Source of the DNA: Eledone cirrhosa
Lineage: Eukaryota
Direction: 5' to 3'
Assembly (NCBI GenBank): GCA_964016885.1
Contig: OZ024743.1
Location: 39,308,001 to 39,372,000, forward strand
Length of the DNA stretch: 64,000 bases
Below, piece after piece: positions 29,516 to 43,225 of the stretch. Each line of letters starts with the position of its first letter. Position 1 is the first letter of the stretch. Below the pieces are notes generated by a model, which did no database searches, was not told the DNA's origin, and was given only the letters and a program-made list of their open reading frames with translations. The position numbers and the translations under genes are program-made.

Positions 29516-30041
29516 ATGAATGAAAATAGACTGAGAAACGGGACTGTCTATCATCAGTAGTCTGCTGATTATCATTTGTATTTCTTGGCCTTAAAGACTA
29601 GATACCTCAAATCAGTGCGAGCGATAACTAAATTAAGTTATCGGGACAGAGCGAATTGGAAAGGGAATCGATGAGAAGAAGCAGACACGTTCGAGCCACG
29701 CGAAAAGTGAGAGAGAAAAGGATTTCGCACATGTCAGATGGGAGGAAGTGAGAGAGGGGAGTAGCAGACAGTGAGTGAGTGAACGTGTGAGGAACTGGCC
29801 AGCCGAGAGAGCGTGTAACCAGTGGAGGGGGTGAATGAAAGTAAGAGGTGCAAGGAGAGAGAAGGGGGAGAGAGATAAAGAGGATAGCAGTAAAGTGATA
29901 GAAAAAATACGAACCACAGCGAGGGGATAAATTATATGCGAATGAAAAAATGGCGTGCTCCGTTGTTGCGAGTGTGATACATATGAATGAAAAGAGACCG
30001 AGAAACGGGACTGTCCGTCATCAATAGTCTGCTGTTTATCA
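29516..30041. mobile_element. Non-coding element with ~60-bp direct terminal repeats (family E)
   Basis: ATGAATGAAAA.AGAC.GAGAAACGGGACTGTC..TCATCA.TAGTCTGCTG at both ends. Diverged relatives at 10690-11010 (minus) and 11113-11580 (plus). Confidence 0.6.
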
Positions 30042-30051
30042 AGACACACAC

Positions 30052-30082
<31 letters not shown>

Positions 30083-30226
30083 TTTATATAGATATATACA
30101 CATACACACGTATATATATGGGCCTTCCAGTTTCATTTCACATTATGTACATACATGTTTGTGTATATTTTTATTATTTAAACATTATTTTTAAGTGAAT
30201 ATGATTTTTTAAAAATATTTTCAAAC

Positions 30227-30320
30227 GAACGTGACCGAACTGGTCACGGGGGGGGGGTCTAGTGCATATATATATATATATATACACTAGACCTCCCTCG
30301 TGACCCGTTCGGTCACGTTC
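30227..30320. mobile_element. Two Helitron-like 3' termini, tail-to-tail
   Basis: Hairpin CGTGACC-N5-GGTCACG lies ~10 nt upstream of CTAG|T on each strand (CTAG at 30259-30262 plus and 30287-30290 minus). Confidence 0.5.
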
Positions 30321-30852
30321 ACCATTTAAACTGATAATACATTCCCTATTTGTTTTCTTTTGACCATTAAATATGTATATGTCACGCTGTGATGTCTTTT
30401 TTTTTTATTAAATCAGAAAATATAGAAAGACTAATAACAGGCTTCATTTGAGATTTTAAGGGAGAGTAATTTCTGCAAAATAAATTCTGTCAGGCTAATA
30501 CAGTTTTACTAGGATATTTTACAAAGATATTTGATACAACATGGATACTGATTTACGCTTAACGATCCTAGAATTTTTTAAACAGCATATCAATGATTAC
30601 ATTATTCAAACAATGAGCTGTGAAGAGACATTGGAACATTGGAAATATTTCCATGCATTCCGCCTGTTTACGCACTCTGAATTCAAATCCCGCCAAGGTC
30701 AGCCTTTCTTTTATCGGTCCGGAGTCGATAAAAAAGGTACAGGCCTGTTAATGATTCTTCATCCCTTTCACAATTGCTCTCTTCCATACCCACATTCCTT
30801 ATCTAGACGAAAATGGCTGTGTTCAGATCTCGAGAGCAGATAGATCTGCCTG

Positions 30853-30950
30853 GTTTTAGTAACCTAGACGACACAGCTACTACTGATTATAGTAACCTAG
30901 ACGACACAGCTTCTACTCGTTTTAGTAACCACGACTGCACAGATACTACT
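30853..30950. repeat. ~34-bp minisatellite, ~3 units
   Basis: TAGTAACCTAGACGACACAGCT.CTACT repeated. Confidence 0.85.
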
Positions 30951-31599
30951 TCATCCGGACATGGTGTCCTATATCTATCTGTCTAAGTACACATAGAAAT
31001 CACACAGCTATTTCATATAGAAGCTCTTTCATTATCTCTTTCATTTATTGCTATTATTGAAGGCTTTACTAGCGTGAGCTCTCTGTAAGCTTAGATAAGG
31101 TAGACCTCTGATCAAATTCCTTCCATAAGTGAACATCTCTGTTTTTAGGGGTTATAGTACTACACTAATCACATGTGTGTGTGTCAAGTTTAGTGTAAGT
31201 AAAACACACCCCTGGATGTCGTAAGAGGCAACGTACTGGCTTGGTACCAGAAGCAGCATCCACCTATATAACATTCCTTCGAAAATGACCCCATTATGAG
31301 TATAAACTATACTGTTAACTCGGGCTTTCATCCCTCATTTACAATGCAAAATTACCTCAATATGCTTGGTGTGCTATTGGTGACGGAACACTACATTGAT
31401 CAATTTTTTACTTTTATTTCTGTTAGAATGTATGTCTGGATCATTTGGCGTTTTTGTTGCTGTATCTACCGGGTTGTGTGGGAGCGTATGTATCTCGTCC
31501 TCCCAGTGACTGTCACACATTGTACGACTTGATGTTACTGGCAGTTGATGTAGAAGATGATTTGGATCAATAATAGAATAGCTTGAACAAAAGTTCTTC

Positions 31600-32030
31600 C
31601 TGGCCTTTTTAGATAAATTTCTTATTTATTTTATGAGTTTGTCCTTGTGTACATTACAGATTCTCGTTAAATACTATTCTTCTCCGTCAACATCTATGAT
31701 ATTGAGAAAGGCAATTAACATATCTTTGTCTGAAGATATATCGAATATTTTCTTGCTAAATCTTTTGACTAGATCTGTTATGCTTCGAGGCAGATAATTA
31801 AAATGTATATTAACATATCATAGGTCTTCGTCTATTATTCTATAAAGATAGTACTTATCGTTAATTAGATCTAATGTGCTGTCTACAATGTTGACAATAC
31901 TTACGTTAGCTCGAATAGATATATATTGATCACAATTCTTAAATGTTTCTATTAGTTTCTTTCCAATCATATTCTCTTCGCGTGAAAGCATAGCCAAGTT
32001 GAGTTGTCTGTACAATAGTTGGACAAGCAT
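31600..32030 (-). pseudogene. Decayed Naiad-type PLE RT fragment
   Basis: ISIRANVSIVNIVDSTLDLINDKY and NYLPRSITDLVKRFSKKIFEYSS resemble the VNFLDVTLNL...SNHP.SII..I...IS.LSS region of the intact element. Confidence 0.55.
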
Positions 32031-32749
32031 GGAATTCATGAGATTATTTTAATAATTAAAAAAAAAAATGTATTTTGCTATAAGAGCCCAAATCCTATTT
32101 TCTTAAGGGTTAGAGACAAACGTGTGATAAACGTTGGAGACCACACAGCACGCTCGGGAAAGTTCGAGTTGTACGTTTTTGCTCAAAGCCGAAATGATTT
32201 GACCATCATATAATTAACTAAGTGTACCCAAGAGGGTGCGGTTTTATTTTTACATTTTAAAAGCACCTCTTAAATTTTAACGTAAAGCGATAATGAGTAC
32301 CTGATATATTTCGTTGTTTAGAAAGGGATAGAGGTGACCAGCTCAGGAAATTTCATGTTTTCCCAGTTCATTCACAATGTGTTGGAAAAAATAAGTGGCG
32401 TTAATTCTGCCAGACGAACACTAACCGGAAACTTTCGAAATAGAAATTATAATTATGAGCCTCTAATTTGTTGAATCACATTGCAGAAATTGCACATAAC
32501 CCCCCCCCCCCCCCAAAAAAAAAACACACGCTACTGAGTTTTTAAATACCCAAGGCAACATTTTAAAAACAATTTCAACCAATCACAAGCCGAATGTAGT
32601 GTTTTCATTTCGATTGGGTGTGACAATTCTTCCAAAATTCTTGAAAAATATGCAACCTACTCCACCGAATCTTCATCATAAACCAAATAGCAGGTTGACT
32701 GATTAAATGACAAGTAAGTCAATCAAATTGGTGGCCTGCCCACAGCCAA

Positions 32750-33155
32750 GGCGGACAGAATGGAGAAGGCATTTCCCCAGATAACGGAAGGGGAGATCCA
32801 CTGGAAGAGCTATTCCAATTCCCGAGGCTCTCACATCTATGGCAGGCCAGCTCAGTGCCTATAGTGGTCAGTAGGGAGTTAACAATAGGGCCGAGAACAC
32901 CAAAAGTCTCCACTGCCAAGAGTATGATCGCAAACCTGTCGGAGAGCGACTGGTATTTGGAGAGTTTGACCTCCTCAGCGCGACGTGCAGCAGAACGTGG
33001 ATTAGTTGCAGACTGCACCAGGTTACGACTGGAGAAAGTGTCGGTGCAAGTGGCATCCCAGACGAGACGTTTGGCACAGCAGAACGGGAAGATGGTCATA
33101 CCATCTCGCCTTTTGCCGTCCCCTCAGTCCAGGCCCACAGGTTCGAAAGACGAAA
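32750..33155 (-). pseudogene. 3' fragment of CRE-clade non-LTR retrotransposon (restriction-like endonuclease domain)
   Basis: RRDG...WDATCTDT...AARRAEEVKLSKY...AVETFGVLG, then after a frameshift QWISLAVIWGNA. Matches the RPD/WDVT/K..KY/ET.G/QRGNA pattern. Confidence 0.8.
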
Positions 33156-33552
33156 GGGTTATATACGGTAGTCCTAGCTAAAACATATTTGGATATAGAC
33201 TTTCATTGCTAGGGGTGTTTTGATAGAAGGGCTACAGTTTCGAAAGTCTCCATTGATAAAAAAACTAAAACAATTTCATGCTGTTTATAATATTTTAATA
33301 TTTCAGTCACCAGCCATAGCTGTACTTCTTATTTACATTGGATAGTGGAGTTGTAGCTTTAATTATATTATTTTTTAAATAAGCCGTTGGGTTACGGAGA
33401 AAGAGAAAGATAAATAAGGAGAGAGAGACACAAGAGAGAGAGCGAGAGTAATATAATTAAAGCTAAACTCCACTATCCGGGAGCTTCCAACAGTAATGGT
33501 TGCATTTTTTAAGGGTATGTCAATATTTATGTATAAAACTGATCTATATTAT

Positions 33553-33615
33553 ATTTTATCTGATGAAAGCACACCATAATTTAACTTGGTGTCCTTGAAC
33601 TATGTATAATGAAAT
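33553..33615 (+). ncRNA. Degenerate hammerhead
   Basis: AUUUUAU-CUGAUGA-AAGcACACCA...UGGUGUcCUU-GAAC (A15.1 mutated)-UAUGUA-U A-AUGAAAU. Confidence 0.5.
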
Positions 33616-33773
33616 AAATATGGTTTTATAAATATAGTTTCCATTTGTTAATATCGTATTTTTACTCCAAATATTTGTTGAGTGCTTTATATCAGTTATA
33701 AAAATATTTGCTTGTTGTATCCCATCAATTTAAATAGAACTTTTGCATATATATAGATATAGATATATATATA

Positions 33774-34773
<1,000 letters not shown>

Positions 34774-34798
34774 TCACTTTATATATATATAATTATAA

Positions 34799-34871
<73 letters not shown>

Positions 34872-34874
<3 letters not shown>

Positions 34875-35750
34875 TAAAATGACAGATTAAAGTTTAAGCA
34901 AAGAAGATCTGCTTTTCCCTCTTAACGGGATCTTCTGAAACTAACAAAGTCAATCTGTAAATGCAGAAGTGGTTATTTCAAAAAACGTTGCAACCGTTGT
35001 ATTACATCCCCACATTATACCCTAACGGATAGTACGATCTATACGTGGATATTTTACGTCTTGATGTGGTAGCTAAGTATATGTTATGTTTATACCATTA
35101 CTTATTTGCATAGGTAAGTATATATTACCTGTATGTTTTGTGAAGGTACGTATACTTTCTCGTACGTATATTTGATTGTATATGTTATGGAGTATATTTT
35201 ATATATTCTGGTACATATGCTTTTGGTTATGTGTATACATGAGTTTTGCGTCTGTGCGAGTATGCGGGTTCGCACGTATGTAAGGTGTGTGAATATGTGT
35301 ACTTCGTGTTTTGGTTGACGTATGTCTCCGAACATGTGTGTATGTACATGTAGGTATGTGTGTGCGCTTGTTATATACGTATTTATTTATTTATATTCAT
35401 TTATTTAATTATTTATTTATTTGTATACACGCACACACTCACACACATATTTATATGTGCGTGGTTGTGTATACCTATGGCGAGTGTTTTCGCGTATGTA
35501 CAAATGTTTTCGTGTATGTACGTATTTGGACGCATGTATGTATTTATTTCATTTCAATTCGTTTTTTCCCGTTTTTTGCCAAGGAATGTTTCCACGAACC
35601 AAAGTATCGTCTTCCTGTCTTCCTCCGGTTGCAACGTTTTTTGAAATATCCACTTCTGCGTTTACAGATTGACTTTGTTAGTTTCAGAAGTTCCCGTTAA
35701 CGGTGAAAGCACCGATTCTTTGCTTAAAGTTTAATCTGTTATTTTAATAA
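34872..35750. mobile_element. Non-coding element with ~125-bp inverted terminal segments (PLE-style inversion or MITE)
   Basis: 34875-34996 is the reverse complement of 35626-35748. Flanked by (TA)n. Confidence 0.6.
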
Positions 35751-35837
35751 ATATTTGCTCTCCGGTTCTTATATATTTGATCTATTTTTATCCTCATCGA
35801 GCCCTCTTTGGATTTTAGTCTTCAAATTTATTATTAT

Positions 35838-35873
<36 letters not shown>

Positions 35874-35875
<2 letters not shown>

Positions 35876-36300
35876 CGAAGGAAATGTGGTAAGGAACCAG
35901 GTGGACCATAACGCACCAAAGTACTCAATACTTGAGGTAGTAGAGTGGGTAATAGGAACCAGTAAGACCCCGACAGCTGAGCTCAAGCCGTTTCGACGGC
36001 TAATTCTGGACTAAATGAAAATTTATCCTGGTATTTAAATAGCCGATCTTCTCAAGGGGTAATTCCATATATGGTCAAAGTGATTGTCAAAAATCAGTAG
36101 TAATTCTGTGGTTGCAAATTAGTAGGGGAGATGGTGGCTAAACTTGCCAGTAGGAGAAAGAGGGGAGGGGGTGGAGTAGACCCAATCAAGCGTTGGTAGT
36201 GCCAGCTACAGCTGGGCATGAGGTCAAAGAAGATACAGGGGAGGGGAGGGGGAGGAAGTCGGAACGGTAGGTAGAACAATGGGGGGTAGAAATATCTAGG
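35874..36300 (-). mobile_element. Family F PLE-type terminal region
   Basis: Longest family F copy; carries the complete HHR. Confidence 0.7.
35967..36060 (-). ncRNA. Complete type I hammerhead with U3:A8 variant core (family F)
   Basis: Minus strand: ACCCC-UUGAGAA-GAuCGGCUA...UAGCCGUC-GAAA-CGGC uugagcuca GCUG-U C-GGGGU. GUC cleavage triplet, all stems formable. Confidence 0.75.
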
Positions 36301-36829
36301 AAAGAAAATATACTGAGAGTGAAGAAAAGCAAATAAGTGTAAAGAAAAAAAGTAAAGTAAATTAAATTCTACGACCTAGGTGTCAGGCTATTGTTAGGCT
36401 AGAATAAAATAAAGAAAGAAAGAAAGAAGTAAAGAAATAAATAAATAAATAAATAACGAAATAAGTAAAAGAACTAGGTGAGACGGAATAGGCAAGGACC
36501 CTTTTAAGAGGTATAAGTACGTAAATGATACGGTGACGGGTCAACAAAAGGGGCCAAAATACTAAAGAGACTACCACGAAATAAACAATAAAGATTTCCA
36601 TCCCGGGCCAGCAACGACCCAGTGCAGCAAAGTGAACTTGTACGAGATAATAATTCTGAGTCCCGAGAAAAATATATACTAATGCTAACTCTAAAATATC
36701 TAAAACAAGCTACAATTTAGAATCTTTTTCTCAAAGGCACATATATATACACTTCTTTTAAAAATATACCCATCTGTCTACCTTATTTCAAAGGTTATTA
36801 TACATTCTATAATACTTGTTTACTCATTA

Positions 36830-37445
36830 CTCTTACTCTATATCACCTTGTAAAATCCTTCGTAAACATATACATTTTTTTTTACGCTAGATTATTCATC
36901 CTCAATTCATTATTCTTTTCTCCCTATCATCTAACTCATTATTCTCAATACATATTAACATTTCTTTTTCTTTTTCTTTTTCTTTTTCTTTTTCTTTTTT
37001 CTTTTTCTTTTTCTTTTTCTTTTTCTTTTTCTTTTTCTTTTTCTTCGCACATATTATCAAATCCTTCAATATACAAACCTTAACTTTACATTATTTTTCT
37101 CTTCGTTAATTTTCAAATTTCTATAATACCTGTTTGATTCTTTCTACATCACCCATATTTATCACTTCCTTTTCTTCTCTTCTAATATCTAGCCCCTAAT
37201 CTGTACCTTTTCTCACTCTTGCCTAACATAGAATCAATTATTACATAATACAACACATTCTTACTATATATCACCTTATAAAAATCCTTCGTAAACATAT
37301 GCATTTTTTTTTTTTGACGTTAGAATATTCATCCGCAATTCATTACCCTTTCTCCCTATCATCTAACTCATTATTCTCAATACATATTAACTCCTTCACT
37401 TTCTTCGCACATATTTTTTTCTCTTCGTTAATTTTCAAATTCTTT
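36830..37445. repeat. ~430-bp-period direct duplication interrupted by (CTTTTT)n
   Basis: TATCACCTT.TAAAATCCTTCGTAAACATAT...CAATACATATTAAC at ~36840 and ~37268. Confidence 0.8.
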
Positions 37446-37751
37446 TAATTCATACATTATCTTCCAACGGTTTTCAACCTCTCTATGTAAAACAACATAT
37501 CTTTCTCAATTATAAAAACTATCTCTCTCTCTCTATCACCCATCTGTCCTCCTATCTCATCCTTCCTCACTATACTCCTCCCTCTCCACCTTCACTCTCA
37601 TCTCCTCCTCTTTTTTTCATCCTTTCCACTCCCCCCTCTAAATAAAATATTTTTCCCAATATAACACATCAATCTAAAACTACTTCTCATATGTTGATTT
37701 AAAACTGAACTATCCACAAGTATTTTTTAGCCTTCATATCATGTCCTCCTG

Positions 37752-37818
37752 TTTTATCTGATGAAAACACAAATATTATTGCATGATGATATTTGTTTTT
37801 GAAATGCGCATAATAAAA
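37752..37818 (+). ncRNA. Type I hammerhead (family G) at end of a pyrimidine-rich 3'UTR-like segment
   Basis: UUUUAU-CUGAUGA-AAACaCAAAUAUUAU...AUGAUAUUUGUUUU-GAAA-UGCGCA (palindrome)-U A-AUAAAA. Confidence 0.82.
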
Positions 37819-38149
37819 TACATGGACCTCCTTTAACCATCTTTTGTTCTTATATATTATATATATATATATATATATATTTTTATACTTGAGGAGGGTC
37901 ATATTTGTGTAATATTGCCAGAATTAATAATAGAACACACTCACTGTTTCGTTGGTTTTCGCTTTTCGCTTCTGTGTCTTTTATATCGGTAATCTAATTT
38001 ATTCGATCCACAATGTTGCCATTGACTGACCAACGGTCAAAAGATAATACAGATACAATATAAGTATAACAATATTTGTTTCGACACACGATTTCATATA
38101 AAAAACCTCGCAAAACTAATTCATCGCCGTTATATATATATATATATAT

Positions 38150-38608
38150 GAAAAACATGAAATATCATTTGTTTGTAAACTAACAGCCCGAGCATTATAA
38201 TAAATGTTCTGTAAACCCATATGTACATATATATATATATATGTGTGTGCATGTATGTATGTATATACATACTACTGTACATCTGTATACATATATGTAT
38301 GTACGTATACATACTTATATCGTTTTATCGTTTTCGGTACACCCGGCCGACTAACTCACTCGATATGCAAATTAGACCGCTCAGCCGGCAATATGCATAG
38401 GGAAAGTATATACTTTCAAACGGTCAATCGACTGACAGCAAGGTATACGGTGCTGATGACAGCAATACGGTAGAATTTGGTTCATCGTTCCTTTGTCAGT
38501 GTTGAACAAAAGGACAACGATAGTTGCCGACCACTGTACGTATAAAAATTCGGGTTGTTTGTTTAGAAACAAACCGAGCATTATAATGAATGTTCGGTAA
38601 ACCCATAC

Positions 38609-38669
<61 letters not shown>

Positions 38670-38720
38670 CTATTGTACGTATGTATACATATAAGTATGT
38701 ACGTATACATACTTATATAT
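38150..38720 (+). mobile_element. Family J retrozyme-like copy, ~1.4 head-to-tail units (period ~386 nt)
   Basis: CGAGCATTATAA at 38189 and 38575. Degenerate HHR at ~38448-38490. Confidence 0.7.
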
Positions 38721-38754
38721 ATATATACATATCTACATGCTCGCACACACGCAC

Positions 38755-38853
<99 letters not shown>

Positions 38854-39221
38854 TTTATATATATATAAAGTAACACATTCTTTACTTTAGTATTCGTATT
38901 ATTTTTATGATTAGAAGGAAAACACAATTGTTGTGTATATTTATTCTATGGCGTCTGCATTCGTTTCCGTTGTGATCATTCTCATTTATCTAATATTATT
39001 CCTATTATATAATTCGTAATGCGTAATTACTATTTGCAGCGAAATAGAAATAAATACAACAAAATTGCATAATATATGTGAAATGAAATGGGACAATTTA
39101 TATTCTATTTGTGCCTGTATCTCTCTGTGTCTCTCTCCTTCTTTCTCTGTTTGCCTGTCTCCCTCTCTTCCTCTTACACACTCTATTACTCTCTCTCTCT
39201 TTTTATATATATATAATGATT

Positions 39222-39384
<163 letters not shown>

Positions 39385-39520
39385 ATATTTATATAAATTT
39401 ATGTATGTGTATGGCTATGTGTGTGATGCGTGTGTGGAGATGCAGGACATGGCAGCGATAATGAGGGACAGAGACCGCTGGAGAGAACTCGTCCATGGAT
39501 CTCGGGAATTTTACCCGCCT

Positions 39521-39568
<48 letters not shown>

Positions 39569-40573
39569 TGTATATATGGTGTATTTTGCAATACACTGTA
39601 TGCTTAATTAAAAGCATTTTGATAACCATAGATTCCAACAGACATTATTTCCAGCAAACAGGAGGGGTAGTGAACTTTGATAAGTACCAAAAAGTACGAA
39701 ACAGAGCTCTGTCAGTTTATCTCCCATGGTTGCTGAAGATTTAAATAAGTGACATTGTCACTATTTCAAAACAATAGTGTATGGTTTTCAAACAGCGTTT
39801 AATTGAGCATACAGTGTATTGCAAGTTACACTATATATTCATTCATATAAATATATCGCTATTTCAGAGCACCAATTCTAGTTTTATATATGTATATATA
39901 TGTGTGTATGTATAAATATATTAGCTTCTAGTTATCTCCCTTGCAATGTAGTATTTAAATTTCTATTCAGTGATTGTCTGTTTTTATACGCAGTAGTATG
40001 AATCTCTCAGAGAAGAAACCCATCTTAAATTAATGCTTCGGCTCTTGACTTTAATAGCATGTGTTCTATCTGTTATATTCATTTAAGATGTAAACATTTA
40101 AGATGGATATAAATACGTAGGCAATTGATGTTAATATTTCATTGTAATGTGTGAATTGGATTCTGTTATACTCTGCTTTAATTTAATATTATTTTCTTTA
40201 AATCCTTCTGAGAAAAGCGTGTTATGTATGGATTTAGATGTTATATATTTAAATTGTTTATATCGCTTACATGAATTACACATAGCATTCTTTCTGTATT
40301 TCTATGTATAATGCTGCATTTCACAATACCATTGAAACTTGTGTAAAGAGCGAAAAATAATTTTAAAATAACATTTTTACCATCTATATACTTGAGTATA
40401 CATTTCTTCTGTAATTATGCTTGTCCTGCCAAATGTAGTTTCTTCTAAAATTTCTCATTTTTCTGCAGAAATATATATATGAACACATTGTGCTATTTCT
40501 AAACTGATTTGCAATTATATACTACCATATGTAATTCCCATATCAAAATGGGTTTTATAATATATATATAGAT

Positions 40574-40624
40574 AGATTCCTGATGATTTCTAAAGAATGA
40601 AACAGTTCTAGTCCTGTAGAATCT
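40574..40624 (+). ncRNA. Type I hammerhead with conventional stem III
   Basis: AGAUUC-CUGAUGA-uUUCU aa AGAAu-GAAA-CAG uucuaguc CUG-U A-GAAUCU. GUA triplet; ends next to (TA)n. Confidence 0.85.
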
Positions 40625-40667
40625 TATCTATCTAATCTATATCTATCTATCTAACTATCTATATATA

Positions 40668-40729
<62 letters not shown>

Positions 40730-42559
40730 GTTGCAACAGTTACATATACAGGTATTTAAGTTACGTTGGGTTATATACCCCAAATCATTTAACCTGTTAT
40801 ATAAAAACAAAGAAGTCTACTTGAAATGCGAGCCATTGATGTTAATCCGAAAATTGCTCTCCAACATCGGACAGTTCCACGCCTCCAGTCACTTCGACCG
40901 CCTCTATCCGAAGCGTCAAAAGGAGGCAGAGAATTAACATCAGACGAGCGAGCATTTTTGCGTGTTATCATATCTTATCGACAACATTTAAGGCGCGCCA
41001 AGTGTAGGAGCCCATCTGTTGCTCAAATATGTCTACACGTGACAGAAAACTTCCTGAGAGCTTCGGATGAGTCCCCTTAACCTGCATTAATACCACATCA
41101 TAACCACCAGGAAGATTGCAGGACAATACTACAATAGATGTAAATCTGCATGCCGTAACCTCTGAAGTGACAGTAATAAAGATAAACAAAGTAGCCTATC
41201 TTGGACCAAACGACTCTGTATTGTCTCTCACTTTGAGGTATAGCTTTTGCAATCCGATAACAGGAACCTGAGATAGGTATGCAGGCATAATACCAATATT
41301 TTACAAGAACTGCAGATTCCGCAGAATTAACATCGAAAATATCATCCATATAATAAGCAGTTGTGAAAATGTCATCCCAGTACTAACTAGCTACGAAGAA
41401 TGATTAGTTCAATACAAACTGTAGAAGGGATATCCTCGGCAATTAACATATAAAACGTTAACACAATGTGAAGGACATTTACATACATAACATAAAAGAG
41501 TACTCGTGGATTGTTTCAGTCAAAACACCAATAACATGCAAACACAGCAAACCAGTAAATGTTATGGGACAGAGAGAAGGCATGTAGAATAGTGGGCGTC
41601 AGCTGCCCAGCAGATATCTATATAATGCTAAGAATCAGTGAACAGTAGATAATTAATTCTGAAGTAATGAGGAATCTGTAGGAACTCTACCCTTACAATA
41701 CATTTAGATATGCTTAATAACTGCACATAAACAATAATAGACACAGAAAAATATGCATCTGTACATATATAAATAAAAACATGCAGATCCACGCATGTAA
41801 TAATACCCATTCTTGCACACACAGCAACAAGGAATAGGTGGACCAAAATCGAACCTCTATAGTCTATTCCACTTTCTCTATTTATGTTTAGCAAAATCCG
41901 TTTCATTCTGCAATTAACGACTGATGAAATCATCTGGGTTGTGCAATCAGTTCCACACATTGGTAAATGACGCAACATCAATGCTCTCTGTCTCTCTCTC
42001 TCTCACACACCCTCTCTCTCTCTCTATATATATATATATACTTATATAATTCGCTATGAGGATTTGAACAACATGACAATGAGTTGCCCGTCATTTTAGT
42101 TCGATAATTGGACAACAGCTTTCAGATGCCAGCAGGCAGACAGACGGTCAAACAGACATCTGTATGTAAACAAACAATGTATGAAGCCGAATTTTAGCAT
42201 TTGAAGCACTGAGAATGGTGCGCATAATTTTGGCAGGTCACTACTCCGATATAAGGACAGACTGTAGTACAATCTTTAGTTTGTCAACGTACTTCGATTG
42301 AAGACTAGGGTGTTAAACCGTAAAAGACGGAGAACCATCTGTCACGAAGGTATAAAGAAATTTGAGAAATTTCGTTCAGCCAACCTTTGTGAGATAATAT
42401 CTGAGACCATAGTCCGGTTTAGGCATCTCATCCTGCTCGGTTAAACATCCTGTCACATGCACCAAATGCGAATAGATGATTAACTCAGTAGCTGGAGTGA
42501 AGTGCTATTTGACGCATAAACATAAAACAATTAACTGATAAGACTGTTGAACTGTCATA

Positions 42560-42660
42560 AAAATAAAGTGTCTTGCCTAAGAACACAACGCATGGCCGGG
42601 TCGGGAATCGAACTCACAACCACACGATTTGCGTATCCAATTCTCTAACCACTCGGCCAT
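42560..42660 (-). mobile_element. tRNA-derived SINE head of a second family (CORE/V-like body)
   Basis: Minus strand: TGGCCGAGTGG (A box)...GAGTTCGATTCCC (B box)...GTTGTGTTCTTAGGCAAGACACTT. Confidence 0.7.
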
Positions 42661-42810
42661 TCGACTTTACACACACACGCAATATATATATATATTAATA
42701 AGAGGAATTCCAACTTTGTTTGATTTACTCGTTTTATTTACAATCCTTTAAAATTTATAATGGTATTATAATGAAATAGTATGATAGAATATTAAATGTT
42801 AAGTGTTAAT

Positions 42811-42849
42811 TGAACAAGTACTTTCATGCTTTCGCAATCTTCAGGTTCA
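42811..42849 (-). ncRNA. Minimal hammerhead, family A (3' pLTR)
   Basis: Identical to reverse complement of 9621-9659. Confidence 0.87.
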
Positions 42850-43225
42850 TAACGTGTGGTGACAGTCAAGTTTGTAATTTTCAATTGTAATGAGATGGGT
42901 AAATTTTGTACCTTATATACAGTGAAAAGTGGCTCCAGAATGCTAAATATTGCAAACCGTATTTCGACCAATCGGTATGTAGTTTCACTGAATTACTAAA
43001 GCTGATTGGTTTAGGCGTCACGGTTGGTTGAACGACCACTAATTGATCCTATCCAAAGCATCAATTGTTTTGCTATTTTTAGAAATGATGAAAAGAGAAT
43101 TTTCTAGTAATCATCACCATCAACATCACTTTTATTATTATTATTATTGTTGTTGTTGTTGTTAGTGGTCGTAGTCGACATGGTCATAGTCATAGTCATA
43201 GTAGAAGTAACACCCCTAAGTATTA

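Noticed and set aside
29516-29575. CUGAUGA followed by a hairpin on the minus strand of family E repeats
   Set aside because: No GAAA follows the stem, and the GAAAC seen is on the opposite strand. Not a hammerhead.
30853-30950. Short regularly spaced repeats (CRISPR-like?)
   Set aside because: Contiguous tandem units with no unique spacers and no cas genes, in eukaryotic context.
40730-41980. Moderately GC-rich stretch with several short hydrophobic ORFs (GPCR or LTR-protease remnant?)
   Set aside because: No continuous frame or recognisable motif series by eye. Needs a BLASTx/HMM search.
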